Part shown: in pieces, positions 17,933 to 28,026 of the stretch
Layout of the letters: every line of letters begins with the position of its first letter
Numbering within the stretch: the first letter of the stretch is position 1
Program-made: the position numbers and the translations under genes
Assembly: GCA_963783305.1 (NCBI GenBank)
Contig: CAWAMW010000017.1
Location: 479,915 to 543,914 of the forward strand
Direction: 5' to 3'
DNA: 64,000 nt
DNA from: an uncultured Gemmatimonadales bacterium
Lineage (GTDB): Bacteria; Gemmatimonadota; Gemmatimonadetes; Longimicrobiales; RSA9
The notes under the pieces: model-generated
The model's input: the letters and a program-made list of their open reading frames with translations, nothing else
Databases searched by the model: none
Told to the model about the DNA's origin: nothing

Positions 17933-19219
17933 CTACACGCCCAGGGGGACCGTGAGGATGAAGCGACTGCCTGAGGCCCCCTCGCTCTCCACCGTAACAT
18001 CGCCACCCAGCTGCTGCGCCATGCGCCGCGCAATGCTGAGACCGAGACCCGTGCCCCCGGCCTGCCGGGTCGATGACTGATCGACCTGCCAGAAGGCATC
18101 AAAGACCCGCTCGTGATGCTCCGGCGCGATTCCGGGGCCGGTGTCCTCGACGGCGATGCGCAGCCGGTCCTCCCGCACTCGCGCGGTCAGCACGACCCGG
18201 CCCTCCGCGGTGAACTTCACGGCGTTCGCTACGAGGTTCGAGACGATGCGAAGCAGTCGCTCGCGGTCGCTCGAGATCTCGACATCGTCCACCTCCACCT
18301 CCAGGCGGATCTCCTTCGCCTGCACCGAGGGCCGCAGCATCCCCGTGATCTCGTCGATGAGCGCCGGGAGGTGGATCCTCTCCGCCTGCAGCTCCAGCGG
18401 CCGGGTGTCACTCCGTGCGAAGACGAGGATATCATCGATTATGCGGAGCAGGTGGTCGGCGCTCTGCTTGATGCGGTCGATGTGCGAGCGCTGTCGCTCC
18501 GTCAGCTCCTGCTCCACGCCCATTTCCAGCAGACCGGCGTAGCCGATGACCGCGTTCAACGGCGTCCGCAGCTCATGGGACATCACGGCGAGGAAGTCGG
18601 TCTTCGCCTGGCTGGCGGCGCTGGCCGCGTCGCGCGCCTCCCGTGCCTCCCGAAGTGCGACCTCCATCGCCCGCTGCCGCTGGGCAACCTCCCCGGCCAG
18701 GCCGCGGATGTCGCCGCTCGCGCTCTCCAACTCCCGCTGCAGGCTGTCGCGCACGTCCCGAAGCTCGGCGTTCGCCTCTTCCAGCTGGACCCGACGGACC
18801 TCCGACTCCCGCGCACTTCGCACGAGCCGCAGCGCACGCGGGATCAACGGTGGGAGAGCAATGGCGGTCGCCACCGAAGCCAACGCAGTCACCGCCTTCA
18901 CACCGCCGGCCGCCCAGTAGTCGGGATTCCAGACGGTCCAGACGGCCAGGAAGTGCGTAGTTCCGCACGCCACGATGAAAAGGCCGAACGCCAGGAACAT
19001 CCATTCGAGCGGCAGCCCTCGGACCGCGTACTCCGCCCCCTCGGGGACCTCTCTTCGCGCGCGGACCACGAGCACGAGGAGGGCGACCGCTATGCCGTAA
19101 TACGCCATGCCCGTCAGAGAATCGGAGAGCACGTGGAGCCAGAGCAGATCAGGCTCCCACAGATAGCACATGCCATGCGGCATGAACGAATCCATCGACG
19201 TCGTCTGGATCGCAAACAT
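17933..19219 (-). CDS. Sensor histidine kinase with an ethylene-receptor-type 3-TM input domain
   Basis: PHGMCYLW, SD..AY, FIVACGTTH; H-box MSHELRTPL, N-box NAVKFT, DTGPGI, GTGLGL. Confidence 0.88.
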   Translation of the reverse strand: MFAIQTTSMDSFMPHGMCYLWEPDLLWLHVLSDSLTGMAYYGIAVALLVLVVRARREVPEGAEYAVRGLPLEWMFLAFGLFIVACGTTHFLAVWTVWNPDYWAAGGVKAVTALASVATAIALPPLIPRALRLVRSARESEVRRVQLEEANAELRDVRDSLQRELESASGDIRGLAGEVAQRQRAMEVALREAREARDAASAASQAKTDFLAVMSHELRTPLNAVIGYAGLLEMGVEQELTERQRSHIDRIKQSADHLLRIIDDILVFARSDTRPLELQAERIHLPALIDEITGMLRPSVQAKEIRLEVEVDDVEISSDRERLLRIVSNLVANAVKFTAEGRVVLTARVREDRLRIAVEDTGPGIAPEHHERVFDAFWQVDQSSTRQAGGTGLGLSIARRMAQQLGGDVTVESEGASGSRFILTVPLGV

Positions 19220-19416
19220 GGACGGTCCTCGGGTATGGGGCAGCGGGAATTATAGGGGATCCTCACCGGCAACGGCACTGCCGCCGTGCCCGGCCCGGCA
19301 CACCAACGGAGGGGGCTGGCGCCCTCGAGCGATCCCGTTCCCATAGCGCGTCAGGCTGGATCGCCCTGACTCGTGCGGATATAGTTCGGCATGACCCGCG
19401 ACACGGAGGCCAGGCC

Positions 19417-20229
19417 ATAGAAGACGAACACTCGCACGTTCCGGCGTCACCGCAGGCGCGCCGCCTTTCCGCGCTGGAGGTCGAGGCGGTGATCCGTCGC
19501 GCCGTGGAGCTCCAGGTCCACGAGGGCGAGGATGCCACGAGCGCGCAGGAAGGGATGCCGGAGGGCGAGCTGACGCGGATCGGCCGGGAGATCGGGCTGT
19601 CGCCTCGCCATATCCAGCAGGCTCTGGCCGAGACGTCGCCCGGACCCGCGCCGACGCCCGGTCTGGTAGACCGGAGCTTCGGCCCCCCGGACGTCGCGTC
19701 ATCCCGCCTCCTCGGCATTCCGGCGAACCGGGCGCGGGACGAGCTGGACGGGTTCGCCCGTACCCAGGAATTGATGGTGGTCCGACGGCGGTTCAGTGAT
19801 CGGACCGTCTACACTCGAGCGGCCGGCTTCGCTGCCGAGCTCCAGCGCGGCCTGTCCGGGCTCAGTCAGAAGCACCCGCGCCTCGACGCCCGCGAGCTCG
19901 AGATCGGCGTCCGCGAGGCCAACGAGGACTCGTGCTACGTGGCGCTCCGCGGCAACTTCCGCGGCCTCCGGGCGGGGTGGCTGGGCGGCGCGGCCGCCGG
20001 GGCGAGCGGGGGCGTCGTGCTGGCGACTGTCTTCGGGATCGCCATCGCCCCGCCCGCCGCCCTCGTCGGCGCCCCCGTCCTCGCAGCCGCGGCCTGGGGC
20101 TCCCGAGCCGGCTACCGCGGGGTCATCGCCAGGAAGCGGGAGCTCATGGAGAGCATTCTGGACCGTCTGGAGCACGGCGAGCTGGCCGCCCCGGAGCGGC
20201 CCGGACTACGGGAGCGACTCGGACTCTGA
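19417..20229 (+). CDS. Hypothetical membrane-associated protein
   Basis: ORF from GTG 19489 extends in frame to an ATA at 19417 preceded by GGAGG; C-terminal hydrophobic hairpin. Confidence 0.65.
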   Translation: MEDEHSHVPASPQARRLSALEVEAVIRRAVELQVHEGEDATSAQEGMPEGELTRIGREIGLSPRHIQQALAETSPGPAPTPGLVDRSFGPPDVASSRLLGIPANRARDELDGFARTQELMVVRRRFSDRTVYTRAAGFAAELQRGLSGLSQKHPRLDARELEIGVREANEDSCYVALRGNFRGLRAGWLGGAAAGASGGVVLATVFGIAIAPPAALVGAPVLAAAAWGSRAGYRGVIARKRELMESILDRLEHGELAAPERPGLRERLGL

Positions 20230-20280
20230 GAGCCACCTCCGCAGGTTCGTGCGCCGAGTGACGGCGACGCTGGGCACTGC

Positions 20281-20979
20281 TTACATGATGATGGTGTAGC
20301 GGAACCACTCCGCCACCGGCGAGCCATCCCGCCGGGCCGCCTCGAACACCCAGCCGGCAGCGTGCTCCCGCAGGCGACGGTCGAAACCACGGTCGCCCGT
20401 CGGCGGATCGAGTCGCGTGGAATCGGCGATCACCCGGCCCACGGAGCTCACGAAAACCCACACGTCCACCTCCCTCCCGCGGACCCGGTCGGGGGGGTCG
20501 CGTGGCGGCAGGATCATCCCGCGGGGGCGCGGGGGCACGACGCGGAACAGGCCCTCCGCCTCCGTCCCGCCATCCCCCTGCCCGGTGCCGTCCGCCAGGC
20601 CCGGCCCCTCCTCGGCGCCTGGCAGCCCCGGGAGCATGGCCACATCCGACAGCTCCGGCGCCACGATCCCTACCTCGAGCACCTCCGGCTCGGGCTCCGG
20701 CTCCACCTCCAGCACGTCTTCCGTGGGCTGCGGGATGGGCTCCGGCGGGCTCTCGACCTCCGGCGGTGGTGATCTCAGATCCACGGCCTGCATCCCGCCT
20801 CCCAGCGCCGCCCGGGCGTCGCCCCGACGCTCGCCGGCGGCGGAGAACGGCGACGGCGGGATCGGGCGGTCGTTGAAATAGAGGAAGAGCGCGGCGTGAC
20901 CGAGCAGCGACAGCACCAGCCCCCACCGCAGGGCGCGGCGATATCGCTCGTCGAGGCTGAGAGTTCGTGTGTCGGACAT
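20281..20979 (-). CDS. TonB-like energy transducer protein
   Basis: N-terminal TM with SLLGH, EPEPEP/Pro-rich linker, C-terminal domain ending WVFEAARRDGSPV. Confidence 0.7.
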   Translation of the reverse strand: MSDTRTLSLDERYRRALRWGLVLSLLGHAALFLYFNDRPIPPSPFSAAGERRGDARAALGGGMQAVDLRSPPPEVESPPEPIPQPTEDVLEVEPEPEPEVLEVGIVAPELSDVAMLPGLPGAEEGPGLADGTGQGDGGTEAEGLFRVVPPRPRGMILPPRDPPDRVRGREVDVWVFVSSVGRVIADSTRLDPPTGDRGFDRRLREHAAGWVFEAARRDGSPVAEWFRYTIIM

Positions 20980-21128
20980 GTCCCGTGCTGGAAAGGTGGC
21001 CCATCGTGGTACGCCGCCGCGCCGCCACCGTTCCGCGGCCCGGCAGGATATCGCGCCCGGCCCTACTACGAGAGCGCACCCCCCGGCGGATTCACCCACC
21101 ACGCGGGCCGACGCCGTCCAGAACGGCC

Positions 21129-21346
21129 TGACATGAAGGGCTCGAACGGCTCGAAGGACTCGAATACGACCGGGGAATCGGCGGGCCCACCGGAGAATGT
21201 CAGCCGCCCGGCGAGATCAAAGCTCCTGATGCTGGCTGCCCCCGGTAGCTCCAGTTCCGCCGCGAGCCCCCCCACCGGCTTCGCGCCCTTCGTCACTTCG
21301 AGCCCTTCGTGTCAAAGCTTTTTGCTGTTGCTGTTGCTGTTCCTGT
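21129..21346. repeat. Intergenic element: 18-bp imperfect inverted repeat plus (GCTGTT)n tail
   Basis: TGACATGAAGGGCTCGAA (21129-21146) vs TTCGAGCCCTTCGTGTCA (21297-21314), 17/18 complementary; GCTGTT x3 from 21324. Confidence 0.6.
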
Positions 21347-21386
21347 GAACTGGAATCCGTGCTCAGTGAACGGCGGCGCGGCCGCC

Positions 21387-22391
21387 CTACCCGTAACGTT
21401 CCAGGAACCGCATGAGCGCCGCCTCTTCGGGATAGTACTGGACGGGCTCCTCCGTCCTCACCTCCCGGGGCTCCTTCCGCATGAGCGGCTCAATGGTCCG
21501 CCCCTCCGCCTCGTACTGCTCGAACACCGCCGGGTGGATATACGCGCTCCGGGCGATCGCCGGCGTGTTCCCCAGCTCGCTCGCCACGAGCCGCGCGGTC
21601 ATGACCGTGTTCTTGTGCGCCTCCCGCTCCCCCGAGGCAGGGCCCAGGTCCGACAGGATCGTTGCCGCCCGCACCGTGCCCCCGAACGTCCGCAGGTCCT
21701 TCGACGTGTAGCGCTCGTGCAAAATCTCCTTGATGTACCGGTTGACCGCCCGGGCCGTCACGTTTTCCACCCGTCCGTCCTCGCACCGGTACCGGAACAG
21801 CCGCGGGCCCGGCAGCTCCATCAGATCCCTGATGATCTCCACCAGCGGCGTGTCCGCAACCACCCGGCGATGGTCCTTGCGACGCTTCCCCACATACGTG
21901 AACACGAGGTCATGGTCGCGGATCTCCAGGTGGTTCTTCTTCAGCGTGGCGATCCCGAACGTCTTGTTCTGCTCCGCGTACCGCTCGCTCCCGATCCGGA
22001 AAAAGGCCCGACTGATCAGCCGGACCACCGTCGCCAGCACCTTGCGACGGTCCAGCTCCGTCCGCTTCAGGTCGACATTCGTCGCCGCCCGAAGCTCCGG
22101 CAGCGCCCGCGCGTACATCAGCGCCCGGTCCCACTTGCGACGGTTCCGCTCCGCCACCGCCTCTTCACTGTAGATGTACTGCTTTCGGCCCGCCGCGTCC
22201 CGACCCCACGCCTGCAGCTTCCGCTTCGATGACGGGGCGATGTGTACGTCCGTCCAGCCCGGTGGGATGGCGAGCCGGTCAATGCGATCCAGCCCGGCCT
22301 CCCACACCAGCTCTCCGCCGCTCACTGTCTCATAGGTGAACCCGGAGTCCTTGTCGCCGCCGCGAAACCACCAGCTCTGCTCATCGGTCAT
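21387..22391 (-). CDS. DNA topoisomerase IB (bacterial/poxvirus type)
   Basis: GRDAAGRKQYIY, FRIGSERY, KDLRTFGGT, LGNTPAIARSAYIHP with catalytic Tyr. Confidence 0.92.
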   Translation of the reverse strand: MTDEQSWWFRGGDKDSGFTYETVSGGELVWEAGLDRIDRLAIPPGWTDVHIAPSSKRKLQAWGRDAAGRKQYIYSEEAVAERNRRKWDRALMYARALPELRAATNVDLKRTELDRRKVLATVVRLISRAFFRIGSERYAEQNKTFGIATLKKNHLEIRDHDLVFTYVGKRRKDHRRVVADTPLVEIIRDLMELPGPRLFRYRCEDGRVENVTARAVNRYIKEILHERYTSKDLRTFGGTVRAATILSDLGPASGEREAHKNTVMTARLVASELGNTPAIARSAYIHPAVFEQYEAEGRTIEPLMRKEPREVRTEEPVQYYPEEAALMRFLERYG

Positions 22392-22439
22392 GGGGGCGGA
22401 CCGCCATTCACGAGACGTGCCACGACCGGATTCCGCCGA

Positions 22440-23249
22440 TCAGACCGCCGCCGATGCCTGCGTCGCCGCCACGGGGTCCCGGAGGAATCCCAGCGAGAGC
22501 CGGTTGAAGTGGTCCGGGCGGTCGATGTTGCAGACGTGGCCCGCCCTCTCGATCGCCCAGCACACCGCCCGCCCCTGACGCTCCGCCAGCCGCCGCGCCG
22601 CCGACAGGAACATGTGATCCTCTTCCCCCATCAGGTACAGCGTCGGAATGCCCACGTCCCGTTCCTCGAACAGGCGCAGGATCGGCTTCAGCTCCATCGT
22701 CAGACGGAACCACCGCAGAAACTCCTTCCGCGCCAGCTTCTGCGCCTCCCGGACGAACAGGTTCCGACTCTCCCGGTGCCCCGCCCGCGGCATGATGATC
22801 CACGCCAGCAGGCGGTACAGCCACATGAACGGAACCACCCGCTTCAGCAGGTTGCCCAGCGCCACCAGCACCGTCGATCGCACGTTCAGACGCACTACCG
22901 CTCCACCCAGCACCATCGACTGCACCCGCTCCGGCGCCACCTCCGCGATCGTTCGGATGATCAGCGACCCCAGCGAGATCCCCACGAAATGCGCCCGCTC
23001 GATTCCCAGGTGGTCCAGCACCTCCACCACCTCCCGACTCACCGCCTCGAACGTGTACGGCTTGTGCTCCCTCCCATCCGGGATCGCCGCCGAACCTCCG
23101 TGGCCGCGCAGATCCACCAGCACCAGGTTGTGCACCTCCCGGTACGCACGCAGCTGCCGGAACCACACCGACGAGCTCCCGCCCGCGCCGTGCACGAAGA
23201 CCACCCACTCCCGGCCTTCTCCCGATTCGTACACCTTGTGATGCAGCAT
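22440..23249 (-). CDS. Alpha/beta hydrolase
   Basis: FVHGAGGS, DLRGHG, GISLG nucleophile elbow, C-terminal GH. Confidence 0.85.
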   Translation of the reverse strand: MLHHKVYESGEGREWVVFVHGAGGSSSVWFRQLRAYREVHNLVLVDLRGHGGSAAIPDGREHKPYTFEAVSREVVEVLDHLGIERAHFVGISLGSLIIRTIAEVAPERVQSMVLGGAVVRLNVRSTVLVALGNLLKRVVPFMWLYRLLAWIIMPRAGHRESRNLFVREAQKLARKEFLRWFRLTMELKPILRLFEERDVGIPTLYLMGEEDHMFLSAARRLAERQGRAVCWAIERAGHVCNIDRPDHFNRLSLGFLRDPVAATQASAAV

Positions 23250-23328
23250 CTCACGCTCCAACCTCGCCACCCCGTTTCCATCACGCCCGCCCAACATACC
23301 GCACACTCCGCCGCCGCGGGAGCCGCTC

Positions 23329-23369
23329 TTGACCTCAACTTCATTTTTGGATAGGGTAGGGGGGTATCC
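23329..23369 (+). promoter_or_regulatory. Sigma70-type promoter overlapped by a CsoR-type operator
   Basis: TTGACC-17 nt-TAGGGT; GGATA-(G-rich 11 nt)-TATCC inverted repeat at 23349-23369. Confidence 0.7.
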
Positions 23370-23382
23370 TACAAGGAGCGAC

Positions 23383-23694
23383 ATGCATACCGAGCACAGA
23401 CACGGGGCACTCCACGATGAGCCCGAGACCCGCGAGAACGTGACCGCCCGTCTCAAGCGCATCGAGGGTCAGGTGCGAGGGATCCAGAAGATGGTGGACG
23501 AGGGACGCTACTGCCCGGATGTGCTGACGCAGATCGCGTCGGTGCACGCGGCGCTGCGAGGAGTGGGCAAGGTGCTGATGCGCAGCCATCTCCAGCACTG
23601 TGTCACGGACGCGTTGCGGAGTGGCGATCCGGTGGAGGCGGAGCGGACGTACGAAGAGGTGATGGATCTCATGTACCGGCACGTGCGGGAGTAG
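23383..23694 (+). CDS. csoR: CsoR copper-sensing repressor
   Basis: [24 protein letters not shown] (C-H-C ligand set); directly upstream of copA. Confidence 0.9.
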   Translation: MHTEHRHGALHDEPETRENVTARLKRIEGQVRGIQKMVDEGRYCPDVLTQIASVHAALRGVGKVLMRSHLQHCVTDALRSGDPVEAERTYEEVMDLMYRHVRE

Positions 23695-23699
23695 GCGAG

Positions 23700-26288
23700 A
23701 TGACAGAAGAGGGCACAGCCGTGGAGACGCGGCCTGAGGAGGGGGCGAAGCAGGGGTTCGCCCGTCTGGAGATCCCGGTGACCGGGATGACGTGTGCGGC
23801 GTGCGCGTCGCGAATCCAGAAGGGACTGACGAAAGCCGAGGGCGTGCGGGACGCGGGGGTGAACTTTGCCACGGAGCGCGCCACGGTGGAGTACGACCCG
23901 GCCACGGCCACGGCCGCGTCGCTGGTGGAGGCGGTGCGGTCGAGCGGGTACGGCGCGCGTCTGGAGGAGACGGAGCTGCAGGTCTCGGGGCTGGAGATGG
24001 CGGCGACCGGCGAGGGAGTGGAGCGCGAGCTGAAGGCGCTGTCGGGGGTGCTGAACGCCGAGGTGAACATCGCCACGGGCAGCGCTCGCGTCGTCTTCAT
24101 CCCGGAGGTGGTGACGGCCGACGACTTCGAGAGGGCGGTGAAATCCGCCGGGTACGAGCTCGCGGCACCCATCGACGTGGCGGACCCCGCCGAGCGGGAG
24201 CGGATCGCGCGGGAGCGGGAGTACGGCACACTGCGGCGGAAGTTCTGGTTCTCGGCGGTGGTGAGCGCCATTGCCATGGTGGTCTCCATGCCGCTGATGA
24301 TGCGGAACTCGAGCGCCATGGGGCAGGACCTCTTCCACCGTCTCATGATGCCGGTGAACGAAGTCCTTTCGGGCGTGGCCCCATGGCTCTACACGGTTGA
24401 TCGGGCGATCCTGACGTGGCTGCTCCTGGTGCTCACCATACCGGTGGTGTTCTGGGCCGGGCGCCAGTTCTACAAGGGCGCCTGGAGCGGGCTGCTGCAC
24501 GGCAGCTCGGACATGAACACGCTGATCGCCGTCGGTACCGGAGCGGCCTTCACGTACAGCGTGGTGGCCACCGTGGCCCCCGGGATCTTCACGCGCGCGG
24601 GGCTCCCCGCGGACGTGTACTACGAGGCGGTGGTCATGATCATCGCGCTGATCCTCCTGGGGAAGATGCTGGAGGCCCGGGCGAAGGGGCGGACGAGCGA
24701 GGCGATCCGGAAGCTGGCGGGTCTCCAGCCGCGGACCGCGCGGGTGGTGCGTGACGGCGGTCCGGCGGACGTGGACATCGACGAGGTCCGTGTGGGCGAC
24801 ATCGTGGTGGTTCGCCCGGGCGAGCGGATCCCCGTGGACGGCCGCGTGGTGGAGGGCCGAAGCGCCGTGGACGAATCGCTCCTCACGGGCGAGCCGCTTC
24901 CGGTGGAGAAGGGTGAGGGTGCCGAAGTGGTGGGCGGGACCATCAACGGCCAGGGCGGGTTCCGGTTCGAGGTCACCCGCGTCGGCCGGGACACGGCCCT
25001 CGCCCAGATCGTGAAGCTGGTCCGGGACGCGCAGGGATCGAAGGCGCCCATCCAGCGGCTGGCGGACGTCATCGCGGGGATCTTCGTGCCCATCGTCATC
25101 GGCATCGCAGCCCTGGCCGCTGCCGTGTGGTGGATCGTGGGTCCGGACCCGGGGTTCGTGTTCGCCCTGGTCACCTTCGTCACCGTCCTGATCATCGCCT
25201 GCCCGTGCGCACTCGGCCTGGCCACCCCTACGGCGGTGATGGCGGGGACGGGCGCTGGAGCGGAGCACGGGGTGCTCTTCAAGGGCGGCGCCGCTCTGGA
25301 GACGGCGCACAAGCTGGACACGATCGTGCTGGACAAGACCGGGACCATCACGGAGGGGAAGCCGACCGTGGTGGAGATCGTCGTCGCCGGTGACGACAGC
25401 GAGAGCCCGTTGGAGGAGGACGCGCTGCTCCAGCTGGTCGCCTCCCTGGAGACCGCATCGGAGCACCCGCTGGCCGGCGCCATCGTGGCCGCCGCGCGGG
25501 AGCGCGGTCTGGAGCTCACCGAGCCGCAGGACTTCTTCGCCACCGGCGGCCGGGGCGCCGAGGCGGTCGTGGACGGACGGCTGCTGTTCGTCGGCAACGG
25601 CGCGTTCATGGCGGAGCAGGCGATGGACACCGCGGGTCTGGCCAACGCGGCCGATCGGATGGCGGCCGAAGCGCAGACTCCGGTGTTCGTGGGCAGCGAA
25701 GGGACCGTGCTCGGCGTGATCGGGATCGCGGACCCCGTGAAGCCGTCGAGCCGGGCGGCGATCCGGACCCTCGAATCGCTCGGCCTGGAGGTGGTCATGC
25801 TCACCGGCGACCATCGCGCCACGGCGGAGGCCATCGCGCGGCAGGTCGGGGTCGATCGCGTGGTGGCCGAGGTGCTGCCGAAGGGGAAGGTGGAGGAGAT
25901 CCAGCGGCTCCAGGGCGAGGGTCGCAAGGTCGGGATGGTGGGCGACGGCCTCAATGACGCCCCCGCCCTCGCCGCCGCGGACATCGGCATCGCCATCGGG
26001 ACGGGAACGGACGTTGCCCTGGAGGCTTCGGACGTCACACTGATGCGCGGGGATCTGAGCGGTGTGCCCGACGCCATACGCTTGTCCCGGCGCACCATGC
26101 GGGTCATCCGACAGAACCTGTTCTGGGCGTTCGTCTACAACATCATCGGGATCCCCATCGCGGCCGGCGTGCTGTACCCGGTCTGGGGGATCCTGCTGAG
26201 CCCGGTGATCGCGAGCGCCGCCATGGCGTTCAGCTCGGTCAGCGTCGTCACGAACTCGCTGCGACTGCGGCGGTTCCCGGCGGCATGA
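23700..26288 (+). CDS. copA: Cu(I)-translocating P1B-type ATPase
   Basis: [29 protein letters not shown] and MAFSS motifs. Confidence 0.95.
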   Translation: MTEEGTAVETRPEEGAKQGFARLEIPVTGMTCAACASRIQKGLTKAEGVRDAGVNFATERATVEYDPATATAASLVEAVRSSGYGARLEETELQVSGLEMAATGEGVERELKALSGVLNAEVNIATGSARVVFIPEVVTADDFERAVKSAGYELAAPIDVADPAERERIAREREYGTLRRKFWFSAVVSAIAMVVSMPLMMRNSSAMGQDLFHRLMMPVNEVLSGVAPWLYTVDRAILTWLLLVLTIPVVFWAGRQFYKGAWSGLLHGSSDMNTLIAVGTGAAFTYSVVATVAPGIFTRAGLPADVYYEAVVMIIALILLGKMLEARAKGRTSEAIRKLAGLQPRTARVVRDGGPADVDIDEVRVGDIVVVRPGERIPVDGRVVEGRSAVDESLLTGEPLPVEKGEGAEVVGGTINGQGGFRFEVTRVGRDTALAQIVKLVRDAQGSKAPIQRLADVIAGIFVPIVIGIAALAAAVWWIVGPDPGFVFALVTFVTVLIIACPCALGLATPTAVMAGTGAGAEHGVLFKGGAALETAHKLDTIVLDKTGTITEGKPTVVEIVVAGDDSESPLEEDALLQLVASLETASEHPLAGAIVAAARERGLELTEPQDFFATGGRGAEAVVDGRLLFVGNGAFMAEQAMDTAGLANAADRMAAEAQTPVFVGSEGTVLGVIGIADPVKPSSRAAIRTLESLGLEVVMLTGDHRATAEAIARQVGVDRVVAEVLPKGKVEEIQRLQGEGRKVGMVGDGLNDAPALAAADIGIAIGTGTDVALEASDVTLMRGDLSGVPDAIRLSRRTMRVIRQNLFWAFVYNIIGIPIAAGVLYPVWGILLSPVIASAAMAFSSVSVVTNSLRLRRFPAA

Positions 26289-26352
26289 CCGGAACCGCAC
26301 CAGGGTGTATGTTTCACACGGAAACCAAACTCGGTACAAGGGGAGAAAATCA

Positions 26353-26568
26353 ATGGCCAGGACGAAGCTGAACGTCTCCGGAATGACCTGTAACCACTGC
26401 GTCAACACGGTCCAGAACGCGCTCCAGAATGTGCAGGGGGTTCGCTCCGCCAGGGTGGACCTCGACAGCGGAACGGCCATCGTGGACTACGACGACGCCC
26501 ACGCCGACCCCCGGGAGATGGCCGCCGCCGTGGCGGACGCCGGCTACCAGGCGAACGAGACCGACTGA
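26353..26568 (+). CDS. copZ: Copper chaperone (HMA domain)
   Basis: GMTCNHC motif, 71 aa. Confidence 0.88.
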   Translation: MARTKLNVSGMTCNHCVNTVQNALQNVQGVRSARVDLDSGTAIVDYDDAHADPREMAAAVADAGYQANETD

Positions 26569-26571
26569 CGC

Positions 26572-27978
26572 GTGGCATCGCCCACGCCCGAACGGCGGAA
26601 GGGTGAACGCCGAGGGGTGACGCTCAGGAGCCGGCTGCTCACGCTGCTCGCGCTCCTGGGCTTCACCATCCTGGTACGCCAGCTCCTGGAGGCGATCCCG
26701 GGCGGTGGCCTCACGCCCATCGTGACTGTCAGCCTGGGGTTCCTCCTCCTCGCGGCCTTCCTCGGCGGCCGCATCTCCGCCGACCTCGGCGTCCCCCGCA
26801 TCACCGGGTACATCCTGCTGGGCCTGCTCGTGGGCCCCGGCGTCCTGAACCTGGTGACGGAGGAGGCGATCGAGGGACTCAAGCTCATCGACGACATCGC
26901 CATCAGCCTCATCGCCCTCTCGGCCGGCGGCGAGCTCCGCATCAGCGAGCTGCGGGAGCGGGCGGGCTCCATGGCCGCCATCATGCTGGCCGAGATGACG
27001 CTGGTCTTCATGGTGGTCGCCGGCGGGGTGGTCGTGGCCGCGGACCTTCTGCCCATTACGGCCGGGATGCCCACCGGCGCCGTCCTGGTCATCGCCGTGG
27101 TCTTCGGGAGCATCGCCATCGCCAACTCGCCGTCGGTGGCCATCGCGGTGATCAACGACACCCGCTCACGCGGCCCCGTGGCGTCCACCATTCTGGGTGT
27201 CACCGTACTCAAGGACGTCGCCGTCATCCTCCTCTTCGCCATCGCGCTGGCCGTGGCCCGGACCGCGCTCACGCCGGGTGAGGGCTTCGAGGCGGAGTTC
27301 TTCCTGGGGCTGGCCGCGGAGATCGGCGGATCCATTCTCGCCGGCGCACTGAGCGGCGCGGTGATCGCGGCGCTCCTGCCCAGCGTACGGAGGCACGCGG
27401 TCCTCTTCGCCCTCGCCATCGCGTTCCTGAACGCCTACGTGGCCGAGCTCCTCCACCTCGAGGTGCTCCTCATGTCGCTCGTCGCCGGCTTCTTCCTCGA
27501 GAACCTGAGCCGCGTCCACGGAGGTCCATTCGTCGAGGGGCTGGAGAAGAATGCGCTCCCCGTCTACGCCATCTTCTTCGCGCTGGCCGGCGCGTCGATT
27601 CACCTCGCCGATCTGGCCGCCCTGTGGCCCTTCGTCGCCGGGTTCGTCCTGCTCCGCGCCGCCGCGATCTTCGGCGGGACATGGATCGGCGCACGGGTCA
27701 GCGGCGCCGAGCCGGAAGTGCGTCGCTACGCCTGGCTCGGCTTCATCTCCCAGGCCGGCGTGACACTCGGAATGGTCGTGATCGCGGCCCGATCGTTCCC
27801 GGAGTGGGGCGCCGAGCTCCAGACGCTCTTCGTCGCCATGGTCGCCGTGCACGAGCTGACGGGTCCGATCCTGCTCCAGTGGGGACTCAAGAAGGCCGGA
27901 GAGGTGGGCGCCCGCGACAGGGTCGCGCCCGTGGCCGTAGAGACCGGGACGGCGGCGGGCTCCAGCGCCCGCCCCTGA
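26572..27978 (+). CDS. Cation:proton antiporter (CPA family)
   Basis: About 12 TM; PRITGYILLG.LVGP, NSPSV, VLKDV, SQAGV. Confidence 0.85.
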   Translation: MASPTPERRKGERRGVTLRSRLLTLLALLGFTILVRQLLEAIPGGGLTPIVTVSLGFLLLAAFLGGRISADLGVPRITGYILLGLLVGPGVLNLVTEEAIEGLKLIDDIAISLIALSAGGELRISELRERAGSMAAIMLAEMTLVFMVVAGGVVVAADLLPITAGMPTGAVLVIAVVFGSIAIANSPSVAIAVINDTRSRGPVASTILGVTVLKDVAVILLFAIALAVARTALTPGEGFEAEFFLGLAAEIGGSILAGALSGAVIAALLPSVRRHAVLFALAIAFLNAYVAELLHLEVLLMSLVAGFFLENLSRVHGGPFVEGLEKNALPVYAIFFALAGASIHLADLAALWPFVAGFVLLRAAAIFGGTWIGARVSGAEPEVRRYAWLGFISQAGVTLGMVVIAARSFPEWGAELQTLFVAMVAVHELTGPILLQWGLKKAGEVGARDRVAPVAVETGTAAGSSARP

Positions 27979-28026
27979 CCGGTCGGCCCCAGCGGCCGCC
28001 CCGGGCACCGACGGGCGCAGCGCGGG

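Noticed and set aside
23508..26480. Long antisense ORFs (e.g. 990 aa opposite copA; also 21-1901, 4099-5862, 29269-31284, 45086-47122)
   Set aside because: Shadow ORFs expected in high-GC DNA; they are Arg/Pro/His-rich with no motifs and lie opposite well-supported genes.
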